Origin: Octopus sinensis
Lineage: Eukaryota
Reading direction: 5' to 3'
Assembly: GCF_006345805.1 (NCBI RefSeq)
Contig: NC_043021.1
Coordinates: 27,776,001 to 27,840,000 of the forward strand
DNA length: 64,000 nt
Below the pieces are notes generated by a model. That model did not search any database and was not told where the DNA came from. It was given only the letters and a program-made list of their open reading frames with translations. Of the stretch, positions 26,505 to 39,448 are shown one piece after another. Made by a program: the position numbers and the translations under genes. Every line of letters starts with the position of its first letter. The first letter of the stretch is position 1.

Positions 26505-26550
26505 CGTACGTTGACAAGAGGCAAATTACCTCGAAACTGCAGTCCGTGCG
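26505..26550 (+). ncRNA. Type-I hammerhead, U3-A8 variant, intact (second arm)
   Basis: Identical to 26144-26189 on the opposite strand. Confidence 0.85.
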
Positions 26551-27152
26551 TATCACTTAGGCTTACGAGAGAGGGATGACCTCCCTTTGCAAATATCCTA
26601 AGAGCACAGAAAGTGTGTCTAAAGCCAGCTGGAGACAATGATCTCCTGGGGCTAAAAGCTATAGTAACACCCACCCTTTGTGGCTAGTATACTTTACGTT
26701 GTCGAGCAGTTACTGTTTACATCTCGTGCAGAGATTTATTATTGCTCATAGATTTCCATTTCTCTTTTATTTTCCCAAAGCAATCTTCCGTGTGTCACCT
26801 GTATTTTCTTTTTCTTTTCTACAAATATGTACCGGCTTTTTCCTTCTTCAGCTTTGTTTATTCGTTTGACAGATCCTAATTAAATATTGTTGTGACTGAC
26901 ATTCAAGGGTTTCTTTCGGCATGGCAGTCCAGGAAGTACCTATTTCCTATCCAGCATATGGAAAATGTGTTGAACTCAGACAGCTCCTCTGCTTTTGATA
27001 GAGTTCGTTTTTCACTCATGGTGAGTATCCATGAATTCTCTTCATTCTGCAAACTCGATACGCTTACTGTTTATTCACCGACCAGTCGACTGTGGACAAA
27101 TAGCACTAAATGATTTCATGGTTTGTAGCAGCAGATCTCCATTAGCAAGTCG

Positions 27153-28040
27153 ATTATTAGGTTATGAAAGCAATTCATTGTTTATATTTATTTTTATCTT
27201 TATTTATCATGAACGATTTGAACAAATCAATCGCTACTATATTCGTCTTCATTGTCCACGACTTCTTGCAAACGTTCCACTCAGTTGTCAATGCTTTAAC
27301 CGTAGAAAGCAGAGAGCTTTGCCTCGAGGAGTTCAACGCTGCACATTTTTAATTCCACGTCGTTACTGAAGCATATCACAGAAAGTTGGAGAGCAACAAT
27401 AAAAAGCAATCACGTGAAGGGGAAGAATACAATAGGAACTGCGGAACTCCGAAGCTGTGCTTTTGAATAGCATTTTTGGTCAAATTAGCGACGTTGGGAT
27501 TGGAGTTTGTCTCTATTATACAGAGCATGTAGCACCCACTCACCGAGTTTTTGGACTTACCCATCGAATAGACTCGACGGGTTATGCTTTGAAAAAATCC
27601 TGTCTGTTGGGTCAATTCTATTGTGAAGTGGCGCGGCTCCACGTGGTTTAGCTTGTCCATTCGATTGTCAATGAATTGAACAGGTCAAGCGCATGGTGGA
27701 GAGACTGTGTCGTCAAATTGTTCAACATTCTGCATAATCTGTCATCGGCCATCATCACCTGCAAACACATCACGAGTTCTCCAACATAAACATTCGACGA
27801 AAGCAGAATTAGGGTCAAAATTTTCCAGTCGTCACCGATCTTCTTGTTTATGACTGTGATTGTCTAGAAACCATTATACTATCGAAATGATTTCTCTTAC
27901 TAAATTTGAGGATGGTTTGACTGCTATGTCCGACAGATGTGCCAAGGATGCTGCCTTCATGGCGAGTATATGATGATTTATTTTGAACTGAACAAAAAAA
28001 AAAAGACTTCTTTGGTAATTTTTGCAACGAAACCAATATA
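27153..28040 (-). mobile_element. Old mariner transposon remnant
   Basis: Minus strand ANLTKNAIQKHSFGVPQFLLYSSPSRDCFLLLLSNFL (cf. HPPYSPDLAPSDFHLFRSLQNFL) and FYG*SIDN*VERLQEVVDNEDEY (cf. mariner C-terminus); ends uncertain. Confidence 0.6.
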
Positions 28041-28599
28041 ATACCTTATTTATCTATTTCTTTATTTTCTTATTTTCAGTGTGAAAAGAAGCAGTTTTTT
28101 AGATTAACTTGGATGGAACCACAGAACAAAATTTCTTGTCACGATTTCTTTCAGGAAAACCTTTTTGAATTGTACTAACACCATTTTCAGGTTTGAAAAC
28201 ATTTTCCTCTCCTTCTTTTCTCGCTTAAGAATCAGCAATCCCAGATTTCCAAATATCTTGTCCGAAAGATTTGGAAAATAATGAAAAGACTCGATAAGGA
28301 AACATTATTAGAATAACGATGATGACGACGACGACGATGATGATGATAACAACAACAGCAACAACAAAAGCAACAAGTATCAGAATTTTCTAATTGAAGC
28401 ACAAGGTTAGCAATCTTAAGAAGTGTCAGTCGATGATATCGATCTCAGTATTTACTAAGTGTGTGTAAGAGGCTATCAATAGCTGAGCGATGCCAGTGAT
28501 GACATTTTCTGCACCTATTTCACAGAGAGACAACAAGAATTGGACAGAAGAACTGAAGAGCTACCCTCATATAATCTAATGAAACACAACTTTCAAAGT

Positions 28600-29454
28600 A
28601 ATGTCGATTGTAGGTTTTGGCACAAGGCCAGTACTCAACTGGTACTTATTTTCTCGATCTTGAAAGAGATGAATGGCAAACTCGAACCCAGCAGAATTTA
28701 GAATTTGTACTTAATGACGTAGGAAATGGCGTTAAGCATTTTTTCCGGCGTGCTAACGATTCTGCTAGCTCACCGCCTTAACCCTAAAAGAAATACTGAT
28801 TTCAAATTATGGCACAAGTCCAGCACTTTTGGGGTCGACTTACCTCGACTCCAGTGCTCAGCTGATACATATTTTATCGATCTCAAGAGGATGAAAGGCA
28901 AAGTCAGGCAAATCGACCTCAGCGGAATTTGAACTCAGAACGTAAAGACGCAGCATTTTGACCGGCGTTTCTGCTAGCTTCACCGTTTTAAAACTAAAAG
29001 TAATATTCTTTTAGGCTTTATTGACCAAGAAATGAAAGAAGCAGACGTTTGTTAATTTCAGAAGACAAAATCTGTGATCCGAATTAGGATTATGAAAAAC
29101 TATGCTATATATAGAAACGAAAAATTATTATCTGAGGTTAGAAATATTAAGTCCAAATTTTGGCACGAGGCCAGCAAATTTATGGGAGGGCCGAAGTCGT
29201 TAACATCGACTACACTACACAACTGGTACTTATTTTATCGATCTCGAATGGATGAAAGGCAAAGTCTTCCACGGTGGTATTTGAACACATAATGTAAAGA
29301 CGGATGAAATACCGTTAAGTATTTTGCTCGGTGCCTCTGGGGTTAGAGATGTCAATTTTAAATTTTGGTACAAGGCCAGCAATTCCGGGGTAGGGGTAAG
29401 TCGATTACATCGTCTTTTTCTTTTCCAAGAGTCTAATCTGTTGTGTGCATGTGA

Positions 29455-29486
<32 letters not shown>

Positions 29487-29732
29487 ATAATAATAATAAT
29501 AATGATAATAATAAAATAATAATAATGATAATGATAGCGAGTTCAAATTTTGGCACAAAGCGAACAAGTCCGTGGGAGGGGAAAAGTTGATTGCATCGAT
29601 CTAAAGTGTTTAATTGGTACTTATTTAATCGACCCATCGACCTCGGTGGAATTTGAACTCAAAACGTGAAGACACACGAAATGCCGTAAAGCATTTTACC
29701 TTTACATGTTATCGAATCTGCTAGCTCGCCAG

Positions 29733-29803
<71 letters not shown>

Positions 29804-30150
29804 TAATAATAATTCCAGTTATAGTCATAGGGGTAGTAATATTTGTGTTCCAGCGATAGCCGATCATATCGATTCAGTGTACTTTATTTTATTGATATCG
29901 AAAGAATAAGAGGCGAATTGACTGTAACGAGATTTGAAATCAAAATGTGAAGGGTTGGAACAGAGACCACAGGCCTGTTCGTTTAACGCTCGGAGGATTC
30001 TACTAATCCACGGTTTTCTAATTTAGGTACAATGCTAGCAATTTTGAGGAAGAGAAAGATTTAAATTGATTACACCAACTTTAGCGCTTGGCTGGTGCTT
30101 TATTTTATCGTTCCAGAAGGGACGAAACGCAAAGCTGTCCCCTGAATAAA
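28600..30150 (-). mobile_element. Cluster of ~7 diverged same-orientation SINE copies
   Basis: Repeated 'tttggcacaaggccagc...tcgattacatcgac...ggatgaaaggcaaagtc...gaatttgaactc' variants near 28610, 28800, 29150, 29355, 29540, 29850 and 30020. Confidence 0.75.
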
Positions 30151-31337
30151 TATCCTACGATATTTTAGACCGGCGTAGGTAGTTGAGCGTTGGAGAAAAT
30201 TTCGATGATGTTTATCAGCAATTAATCAATTAATTAATCAATTAAGAGACCCATCATTTAGATAACACAATTTAATTTTAATATTTTTGAAATATAAAGT
30301 AAAGAATTTTATATAAACTGAAGAATTTTGATAAAAAATATCGTTTTTGATGATAAATTAAAAACTGTCTTGAACATGTATTTTCTTCCAACAGTCTGTT
30401 ATATTTTTCCTTTGAATAGTCTTAATAAATGCAAGAGGATTAACATAACACGTGTGTTCATTAGTGCCATAGAAAAAACATTAATGACAGAAAATGTAAA
30501 CATATGCAGAAATGACAGAACTCTATAATTAATACTGAATGTTGCCGAAAATTAGGAAAATAATTTGTAAAGATTAAGTACTTTTCCATGTAATAATATC
30601 TCGTTTTTAGTTTTGTTTCTTGTTTTACAGTTATTATTTGTTCTTTGTTTATTTGTGTGTATTGTGTATTTGTGTTATTCTAATTCATCTTCCACACACA
30701 AAAAAAAAAAGAAACCGACAGATATTAAAGATATGTTCGGAGACGTACACTTATTCTCAGATAAATATTGCAGCATAGTTCGATGTGAGTGAAAAAGCTT
30801 CCTTTTATTTAATCTTTTTTTTATATTTCAGTTTCTATTTCTTCATTAAAAAGAAATGAATGGTAAAGTGTTGCATAACACAGAATATCATAACACTTCA
30901 ATGTAAACACTACTTGAAAGAAACACACAAAAGACCCACCAAACTTGGTTGATGTGGAGAACTTCATAAAGAGATAATGATACATTTTATTAAATATTTC
31001 GTTTCGGGTGAGAAATATAAAGTGTCTTGTTTTCTAAGCACTTATTAGGAATATCCATTTCTATATTCATTTTACTGCAGCGCATGATATGAAGAATGTG
31101 CAAAGAGAAACGAATCCGTCTGCATGAAATATGGAAACACAAAGCAAACGGTCACGCTTATTAAATGTTTCACCGATGTTAGTACTAGGTATCCATGGTG
31201 ACGGGTGGTCAAATCTGCTGAGCGGTTTACTAATTAACCTTGTTGTAATTAGTTAAGACCCTTTAATTCAACTTTTATCAACCAAATGCCCGAGGTTGCT
31301 AGTGTTAATCATATATTGTGGTTTTGATTTTCCTTCT

Positions 31338-31612
31338 CGAGCCATGCCTGGCTCATAAGGGCCGGTTTCCCGGTTTCTTCCCCACCTGGACGGGACGCGC
31401 GTCCATCGCAGGTGAGCTGCAAGATGCAGGAGGAAAGAGTGAATGTTGTGGCGAAAGAGTCAGCAGAAGTTCGCCATTACCTTCTGCCGGAGCCGCGTGG
31501 AGCTTAGGTGTTTCGCTCATAAACACACACATCGTCCGGTCTGAGATTCGAACCCGCGAGCCTTTGACCCCGAGTCCGCTGCTCTAATCACTAGGCCATG
31601 TGCCGCCACATA
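31338..31612 (-). mobile_element. tRNA-derived SINE (OR-like)
   Basis: Homologous to 17005-17268; B-box 'ggttcgaatctc' on minus. Confidence 0.8.
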
Positions 31613-32324
31613 TTTTGTGGTTGACATCAACTATTCAAAGTTGCAGCCCTAGTTGGAGCCTGTATATATACGTCAGATCCCATGTGAGGTCTCCTCATGA
31701 TTGCCAGTGGCAACATGGAATCCAGTACAACCTGTTGCATGGTCGGGTGGTCGGTGACTTAATTGGCATAACCAAGAGGCTTACCTGGTGAGGCGGGTTG
31801 ATGATAACCCAGTAGGACTAAATACTAGACCTGTCAAAACGACGGATGAACCTGGTGGACGTTCAACGACTATCTATTCCAGTTGGGTGTTCGGCGTGCT
31901 GGAAGACCACTGGGAGTAAGATCCCCTTAGGTCTTGTTAAAGCATATCTCTTGGAGGTCACTCTGATATAAAGTCGAATATGCTGGAGATGACTTTGAAA
32001 TTCTGGGGATCATGGCACTCCTACGTTCCTGAGTCTGTGATCCATACTGGTACTGGATCTTGCTCTGGCTTGTCTCCGGATCATGTGGGGTGTCTGGGAG
32101 GTAATGTATAAGCTTTATTGAACCTCAAATTTTAGGTTGTGCAATAACCAGCAAGACGACTATCCGACACCCAGGCTATTCGAAAGGCGCCGTTGCAAGT
32201 ATGAAAGTTGCGGACGCGAACCCAGGTGTAGACGCCTTCTGGTGCAATCGCTTCATCTACGGGCATTGCAATCATTTTGTGCGGGCAATACTCAGAGATG
32301 GTCTTCCTTGGACACGAGTGAACA

Positions 32325-32378
<54 letters not shown>

Positions 32379-32700
32379 TGTCTTTGTGTATGTGTCTATG
32401 TGGGTGTGTTTGTGTGTGCGTATGCTTTTTGTTTATTTAAGAGTTGACTTTGAGCGCCTACCTGTCTGGTAGCAAGGTCGCTAACCAAAGCAAATTCCCT
32501 TCATCATCTTTTACACCTCGTAGAGTTACAGATATTTTTTACTCCAGATATCGTATAATGCGTTATGAATGTAGGTTTGTATGTATTTATGTGTGTATAT
32601 GCATGTATGTATGTATGTATGTATGTATGTATGTATGTATGTATGTATGTGTATGTATGTATTTTAGAAAAGCGTTAACTGTGATCAAGAACTATATATG

Positions 32701-33000
32701 TAGGAGTGGCTGTGTGGTAAGAAGCTTCCTTACGAACTACATGGTTCCGGTTTCAGTCTTACTACGTGGCACCTCGGGCAAGTGTCTTCTACTATAGCCT
32801 CGGGCCAAACAAAGCCTTGTGAGTAGATTTGGTAGACGGAAACTGAAAGACATCCGTCGTATATATGTATATGTATACATACAAAGAGCCCGATAGAATA
32901 AGTACTAGGCTTACAAAGAATAAGTCCTGGGTTCGATGTGCTCGACTAAAGGCGGTGCTCCAGCATGGCCACAGTCAAATGACTGAAACAAGTAAAAGAG
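32701..33000 (+). mobile_element. CORE-like tRNA SINE
   Basis: 'ggagtggctgtgtggtaag...gtggcacctcgggcaagtgtcttctactatagcctcgggcc' plus shared tail. Confidence 0.8.
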
Positions 33001-33058
33001 TATGTAACGACATTGCTTCTATGAATACACGCACAGGCACATTCATACATAAATACAG

Positions 33059-33290
33059 GACGGCGAGCTGGCAGAATCGTTAGCACGCCGGGCGAAATAC
33101 TTAGCGTTATTTCGTCTGCCGTTACGTTCTGAGTTCAAATTCTGCCGAGGTCGACTTTGCCTTTCATCCTTTCGGGGTCGATTAAATAAGTACCAGTTAC
33201 GCACTGGGGTCGATATAATCGACTTAATCCGTTTGTCTGTCCTTGTTTGTCCTCTCTATGTTTAGCCCCTTGTGGGCAATAAAGAAATAA
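33059..33290 (+). mobile_element. Full-length 'ggcggcgagctggcag' SINE
   Basis: Nearly the reverse complement of 26257-26489. Confidence 0.85.
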
Positions 33291-35214
33291 CAAATACACA
33301 CACTTATCTGTATTAAGGAAATGGTGCAGTATCTTTTATTGCCCGGGGTTACAAATATTTTAGTTTCAAATTTTGGCGCAAGGCCAGCTAGTGTAGGTAA
33401 GGGAATGACATTGACCCCAGTATTCAACTGGTACTTATTTTATTGAACCTGAAAGGATGAAAGGAGGAGTCAACCACGGTGGAATTTCGGTTTTGTTAAT
33501 ATATTAATAACTGGAATAAATACAACCATACGATCACACTATAGCTGAGATAAATAACTTTTTAAACAAGATGGTGACAATCTTTTTTCTGCTTGGAATT
33601 ATTGATTTAGTCAAATTTGTTGCAAGCAGCTTATTATTCAGAACATGATGTGGAGTTCGCTTCCATAAGAATGCAAAAATTTTAAACAATTATTTTATCT
33701 AAAATGTATTTCATTCTTGCACATTTTGTATTTTCTGGGAAAACGTACTAAAAAAAAATATGCTGTACTAATTTGCTTAATTACTCTAATTGAATTATTT
33801 TCCTAATCAGCAATTTTTCCATTGTTGTAGTGCTTCTGGTATAGGATAATTTTAGTCCCTGCTTCTGACGCTAAAACGAATACATCTCTGCAGTTTCTTA
33901 CTGTAACTGTAGTAACGTTACATTGACCTTGGGATAAGACTTGTGATTCTCTGTTGATTTCAGCATCGCTGAAATGTTGTTTTTCTTTGTTTATGTTCAT
34001 TACATAAACAACCGCATCAACTCCGAAAGCAGTCAAAAATTTAAGATTCATATGTATTTCTTACCCTTTTTAAAACTTTTTAATCAAGCTCTAGTACTCA
34101 TAAGTTCCGTTACCTGGTTTCTGTAACGTATACATGACCAAGGTAACAAACATCCCCACCCGCTGAACAGTCCGTTGCAGATTTCAAGGCCAGCAATTTT
34201 GAAGAGAGAGGGGCAAGATAATTACAACGACCCCGGTACTTGAATGGTATTTTATTTTATCGCCCCCCCCCCAATGAATGAAAGTTAAAGTTGGCCTCAG
34301 CACGATTTGAACTCAGAACGTGAAAGAGTCAGAAGATATGCCGTTAAGCATTTCTCAAGTTCGCTGCCTTCTTCTTACCTTAGAAAAGAAGTAAGTTACT
34401 TTAGCTGTTCTTCTTTTCAGCAATTCATTAAGGGGTTCTAAAGACTGAAATTAGCTATAATTATCCCCGTCCCATGTAAAAATACTTACGAGCAATTCCC
34501 GCTTTCTGCATATTTGATCCATGATGCACAGTTTTTAGAAATATTCTACCAATCAGGGCAATTTAATCAGATTTTTACATTTGTTACAATACTCAAACAC
34601 TGCTCTTTCTGTAACTTCCAAGTTTTCCCTTACATTATTTGATATTTTTTTAGTCCTCTGTCTCTTTCACGTTCATTTAGCCTTCTTGGATTACTTACTC
34701 AAATGGTTCTCTTTTCCTTTGGTATTCGAATTCATATCCCTTAGATATTGAGTTCTTTTTGCGATTCATTGCTAAACTTTTCAAACGGCCTTCAGAAACC
34801 TTCTTAGCATTTACCGCTTAGGTTTTCGAATAAGAACCACCAAATGTTTGTTTTACTTTCGGTCCTATATTAAAGTCAACAGTTTTAGATATTTGGGCAC
34901 AGACATTCTATTTTAATAAGTAGGGAGAAGGAAATATAATTATATATAAATAGGCAAATCTTGAAACCAACCCATTTAATTATGCAAAAGTTTTGTACAA
35001 CATCACAACACTGTCGAGTGACAAAGTTACTGAGTTATTTTTGATATTCATTGCTAAACTTTCCAACCAGAAAACCTCTTAGCTTTTACTGTTCAGGTAT
35101 TCGAGCAACAACTATCAAAGGCACGCTTTATTTTCGGCCATACGGTAAAATTCCTTTGTCCGTGACGAACAAGTCTCCTCCTGTATTATTCGAACCTCGT
35201 CTACAGAATTCATA

Positions 35215-35608
35215 CCACGGCTGTGCGGTAAAATGCTTGCTTCCCAACCACATGGTTCTAGGCTCAACTTCACTGCGTGGCACCTTTGGCAGGTGTTTTC
35301 TCCTATAGTCACGGGCCGACAAAGGCCTTGTTAGAGGATTTAGTAGATGGAAACTGAAAAAAGCCCGTTATATATAGATATATGTAAGTATATCTATGTG
35401 TGTGTATCTTAGGTTGTATGTTTGTTCCCCTCCACCGATTGAAAACGGGTGTTGGTGTGTTTATGTCCGTAATTTAGCGATTCGGTAAAGGGGGCGGAGA
35501 TAGAATAAATACCAGGCTTAAAAAGTAAGTCCTGGGATCAATTCATTTGACTAAAATTTCAAAGTGGTGCACCAGCATGGCCGCAATCTAATGACTGAAA
35601 CGAAAAAA
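35215..35608 (+). mobile_element. CORE-like tRNA SINE
   Basis: Same head, CORE-like segment and tail as 32701 and 49196. Confidence 0.75.
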
Positions 35609-36602
35609 GAAAATATAGTATCTGCAGATGGTTGAGCGAAGCAATAAAGGTTCTTTGCTTTGAATTATATTCGAAGAACACTTAGAAAATTAAACTCATT
35701 TTGAACAGAGTTTCCAGTGTTTCAATTTCCACTTTTGTCTTTGAGATTCTGTGAGAAAACGAGAGTTTATTCATGCAGGGGATAAGAAAATAAGAAACGT
35801 ACAAATACCTAATTTACATAATGTCAAGATACAACTGGTGTCATGTCATAGGGTATAAAATTAAAATTGCGAATAAATGAAATAGTATTGTTTATGAATT
35901 GTAATTGAATAGCGAACTTGGTTTTCTTTTCCTGTAACAAAATAGTTTTCAGAATAGTCGAAATTTGCACCAGTTTGCAGCATATTAAAAAAAAACGTCT
36001 AAATAACTTTAACCAAGTCTTTAATTTTATTTAAAACTCACGTTTGAACAAACTAGCTGCGTTGAACTATAAGCCATGTGACGTAAAATAAATTATGGGA
36101 ACGATAATATCAACTAATAATAGTGTTATCTCACAAACCTGATTAGTCTGTAATAACAGATTTTAAACGTAAAATAACTGGTTTTTACTGATTTTCTTCT
36201 TTAATACTATTAACTATTAACGCCAATAAAATATACTTATATTCTAATAAAATAGACTTTAAAAGAATTTGAAAGTCATCTCATTTATTTGTTATCTAAC
36301 TATTTTGTGCGTCTCAAAAGCGCATTATCTAACATTATTTAATCCGCTAACATTCATATTATGCCATTTTAAAGTTTAAGAAGCGTCTTTAGTTTGAAGT
36401 AAATGTTTATTACAACATAAAATTAAATAATTTATCGCACACATTAATAAAAAACCGGCAAGATCATTCATATCGAAGTAGACTTGAGTAAATTTATTTC
36501 CGTTGATAAAAAGACATCGTCACCTGACAACAGATTTTTCTGATCTAAAATCGTTATCATCGAATTCTCCCACTAGCAGCAGAGTTCATCATTACCCTCT
36601 GT

Positions 36603-36880
36603 GCGTATGTATGTATGTATGTATGTATGTATGTATGTATGTATGTATGTATGTATGTATGTATGTATGTATGTATGTATGTGTGTATGAATGTATGTAT
36701 GTATGAATGTATGTATGTATGTATAAATGTATGTATGTATGTATGTGGGTATGTATGTATGTATGTATGTATGTATGTATGTATGTATGTATGTATGTAT
36801 GCATGCATGCATGTATGTATGTATGTATGTATGTATGCATGCATGTATGTATGTATGTATTTATGTATGTATGTATGTAT
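36603..36880. repeat. (TATG)n microsatellite
   Basis: Directly visible; one of many (TA)n, (TATG)n, (CA)n, (TCTA)n, (AAT)n and (TTC)n tracts. Confidence 0.95.
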
Positions 36881-37041
36881 GTTCTCCCCTGCTTTTAATG
36901 ATTAAAATTCTTCCTCTGAGGAAAGAGCTGGTTTATAACACTGATAAAAAGCTCCATCGTTACATTTTAAACTTCAGAAAAAACTTGCACGTTCTCACTA
37001 ATCCGCTTTCGAATTGCATTTAGTTCTCTTTCTCTCTCCCT

Positions 37042-37121
<80 letters not shown>

Positions 37122-37125
<4 letters not shown>

Positions 37126-38259
37126 ACGAGGGGACCTCCGATTCGAACTGTTACGGAATCCCTCACACCCAGGCCCGTTCGATGCAGCGAATGTTTTCGC
37201 CACGGAAACTCGGAGAGGAGAGGAGAGATACAACAACAACAACAGCAGCAGCAGCACAGAGGCAATCGAGAGAGACACAAAGAGGCAAGGCACAACTGGC
37301 TTACATTTAACAACTAGCTTATATGACAATCAATTGTTACAACATCAAATACATTTCAGATACATTTAAAAGAGGACATGCAAGTAACAACTTAATACAT
37401 CATACAGGTATACCACAGATCAAAGCATTTAACAACATGCAGATACAATATAACCGTCCGGTAACAACACATCAAGTTCAATACATCAGCATTTCAAGAG
37501 TACACGTCCGAAGACACAGTTCTATTTCAAAACACATTAAAGGCCTATACAGTTCGTAGGACATTAAAGGCCTAACAGTTCAATGTTCATTATACAATGT
37601 TCATATCACAACACTGTACACAATGTCCTTACACATTTCACATTGTTCATTAAATCCCTTTTTACTGTCTCATTTCTTTTCACTGTTCAATACATCGATT
37701 CCTTGTCCTTCTTTTTCTTCACATATCAATACACAATTCACGTACCTTACATTAGCCAACGCCTAATATTGCACCTCATCTCTCTCAGTACTGCTAGCTC
37801 CAACTTGCCAAACTCTTGCCCCGAATTCCCAAATCCTCGCTCCTAAAATTCCAACTGCTCGCTTTGACGACCGAATACCGACTGTCCAAACGTCTTGCTC
37901 TCTCACCACCCCTCAATCTGTCTTAGCACTGCTAATATTCTCTCTATCTGCTCTCAGATTCCTTAATCTGCCTATCTTCATCGACGCTGCTGCTGTCACT
38001 CTCTCATGACAGCTCTCAGATCCCTTACTCTGTCTTTCTCACTACTTTCTTCTTCCTCTTCTTCACTGTCACTAGATTCTTCCTTACTCTATCTTCCTCG
38101 GCCCTCACATCTCTCTGACCCCTAATCGACCGGCACAAGGCCAAAGGTCCCTCCAAAAGCCATTAGTCTTCCGTAAAGAAATGGCTGTAACTTTTTATTC
38201 CAGACTTTCCGGCTCCACTCTCAACAAAGTAGGTCAAGAAATACTGTACCAGCCGAACC

Positions 38260-38265
<6 letters not shown>
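37122..38265. mobile_element. Probable solo LTR (TGTT...AACA) inserted in (TA)n with ATAT TSD
   Basis: 1144 bp complex non-coding block starts TGTT, ends AACA, flanked by ATAT on both sides (the TSD is trivially satisfied inside a TA repeat). Confidence 0.55.
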
Positions 38266-38314
<49 letters not shown>

Positions 38315-38843
38315 TATGTATATATAGATATATACATATACATACATACATATGTATATATATATATATGTGTGTGTATACACACACACATATCCAAAAC
38401 AAAACAGGAGATCATGACTATACGCATGTTTTATAAACGAAAAATGTTTGTTACATAAATTACGTAATCAAATTACATTTTCAAATTATCAGAAACTGGT
38501 AACATTCATATATAATATTGTAATATAGGCAACTGATAGTGTTGCCGTGATAGGAAGGGCTATCAGTTTTTAAAAGTTAATTGGAAAAGTAGTGCATTTT
38601 TGATATTAAGTGGAAGAAAGTCTCGTAGAATATAAGAGAAATGATATTAGCATATGCAAGTGAGTTGTTGACGAGAGAAAGTATTCTACCGAATAGAGCA
38701 GGTTACAAACGTTGCCTTCAGATTTATAGATACATTCTTATTTGGGCTTATTTATCGTCAACGTCAAGGGATGTAATTTGTATGCGTACATGCAAAAATT
38801 TACCAATCCCTATATATTGCTCACTTCTCCATACCCCACCCCA

Positions 38844-38888
<45 letters not shown>

Positions 38889-38934
38889 TGTGTACAGTGC
38901 TCAGGTGCACTACAACTCATCTAAAGTGTATATA

Positions 38935-39200
38935 TAATCAGGTGTAGTTTCGGCGGATTTCGGAAAGCATGAGGGCCTTAAAAGATGCAGTGTCATGGCA
39001 GTCAACAACTGACGCAGGCAGTTTATTCCATGCTTCAGCAACTCTGAGCGTGAAAAAATGTTTCCGAAAGTCATGGGAGCTGTATTGTTTTCTGACTTTG
39101 TAGGCATGTCCACGTGTGTTAGACACATGGAGATCAAAAAGGTGTTCAGTGTTGTTGTTGGTGAGGTGGTTGATAACTTTGTGGGTGTTTACCAAGTCCG
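38935..39200 (-). mobile_element. CR1-clade LINE 3' fragment
   Basis: NTRGHAYKVRKQYSSHDFRKHFFTLRVAEAWNKLPASVVD...SFK is a typical CR1 ORF2 C-terminus. Confidence 0.85.
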
Positions 39201-39329
39201 TCATACATACATATATAAATATATATATATACATACATATACATAATTGCTTTTCAATGCACATATATATGTATATATATGCGTGTATCACTCTCACCAC
39301 CGTCTAAGGGTGAATGGATACATTGAATG

Positions 39330-39361
<32 letters not shown>

Positions 39362-39448
39362 ATATATATTATATATATATATTTAATTTTATTTGTTAGG
39401 GAATAAAAATTCCAGCATAAAAGGGGTTCAAATTATTCTCAATGAAGA

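Larger units (their letters stand above)
25978..26698. repeat. Fold-back element: ~230 bp inverted arms around a 28 nt loop, right arm interrupted by a SINE
   Basis: 25978-26208 is the reverse complement of 26237-26256 plus 26490-26698. Confidence 0.92.

Noticed and set aside
34490-34580. NCPDW* and NCASW motifs suggesting an ShK domain
   Set aside because: In-frame stop and wrong cysteine spacing; the implied adjacent intron would be only 45 nt.
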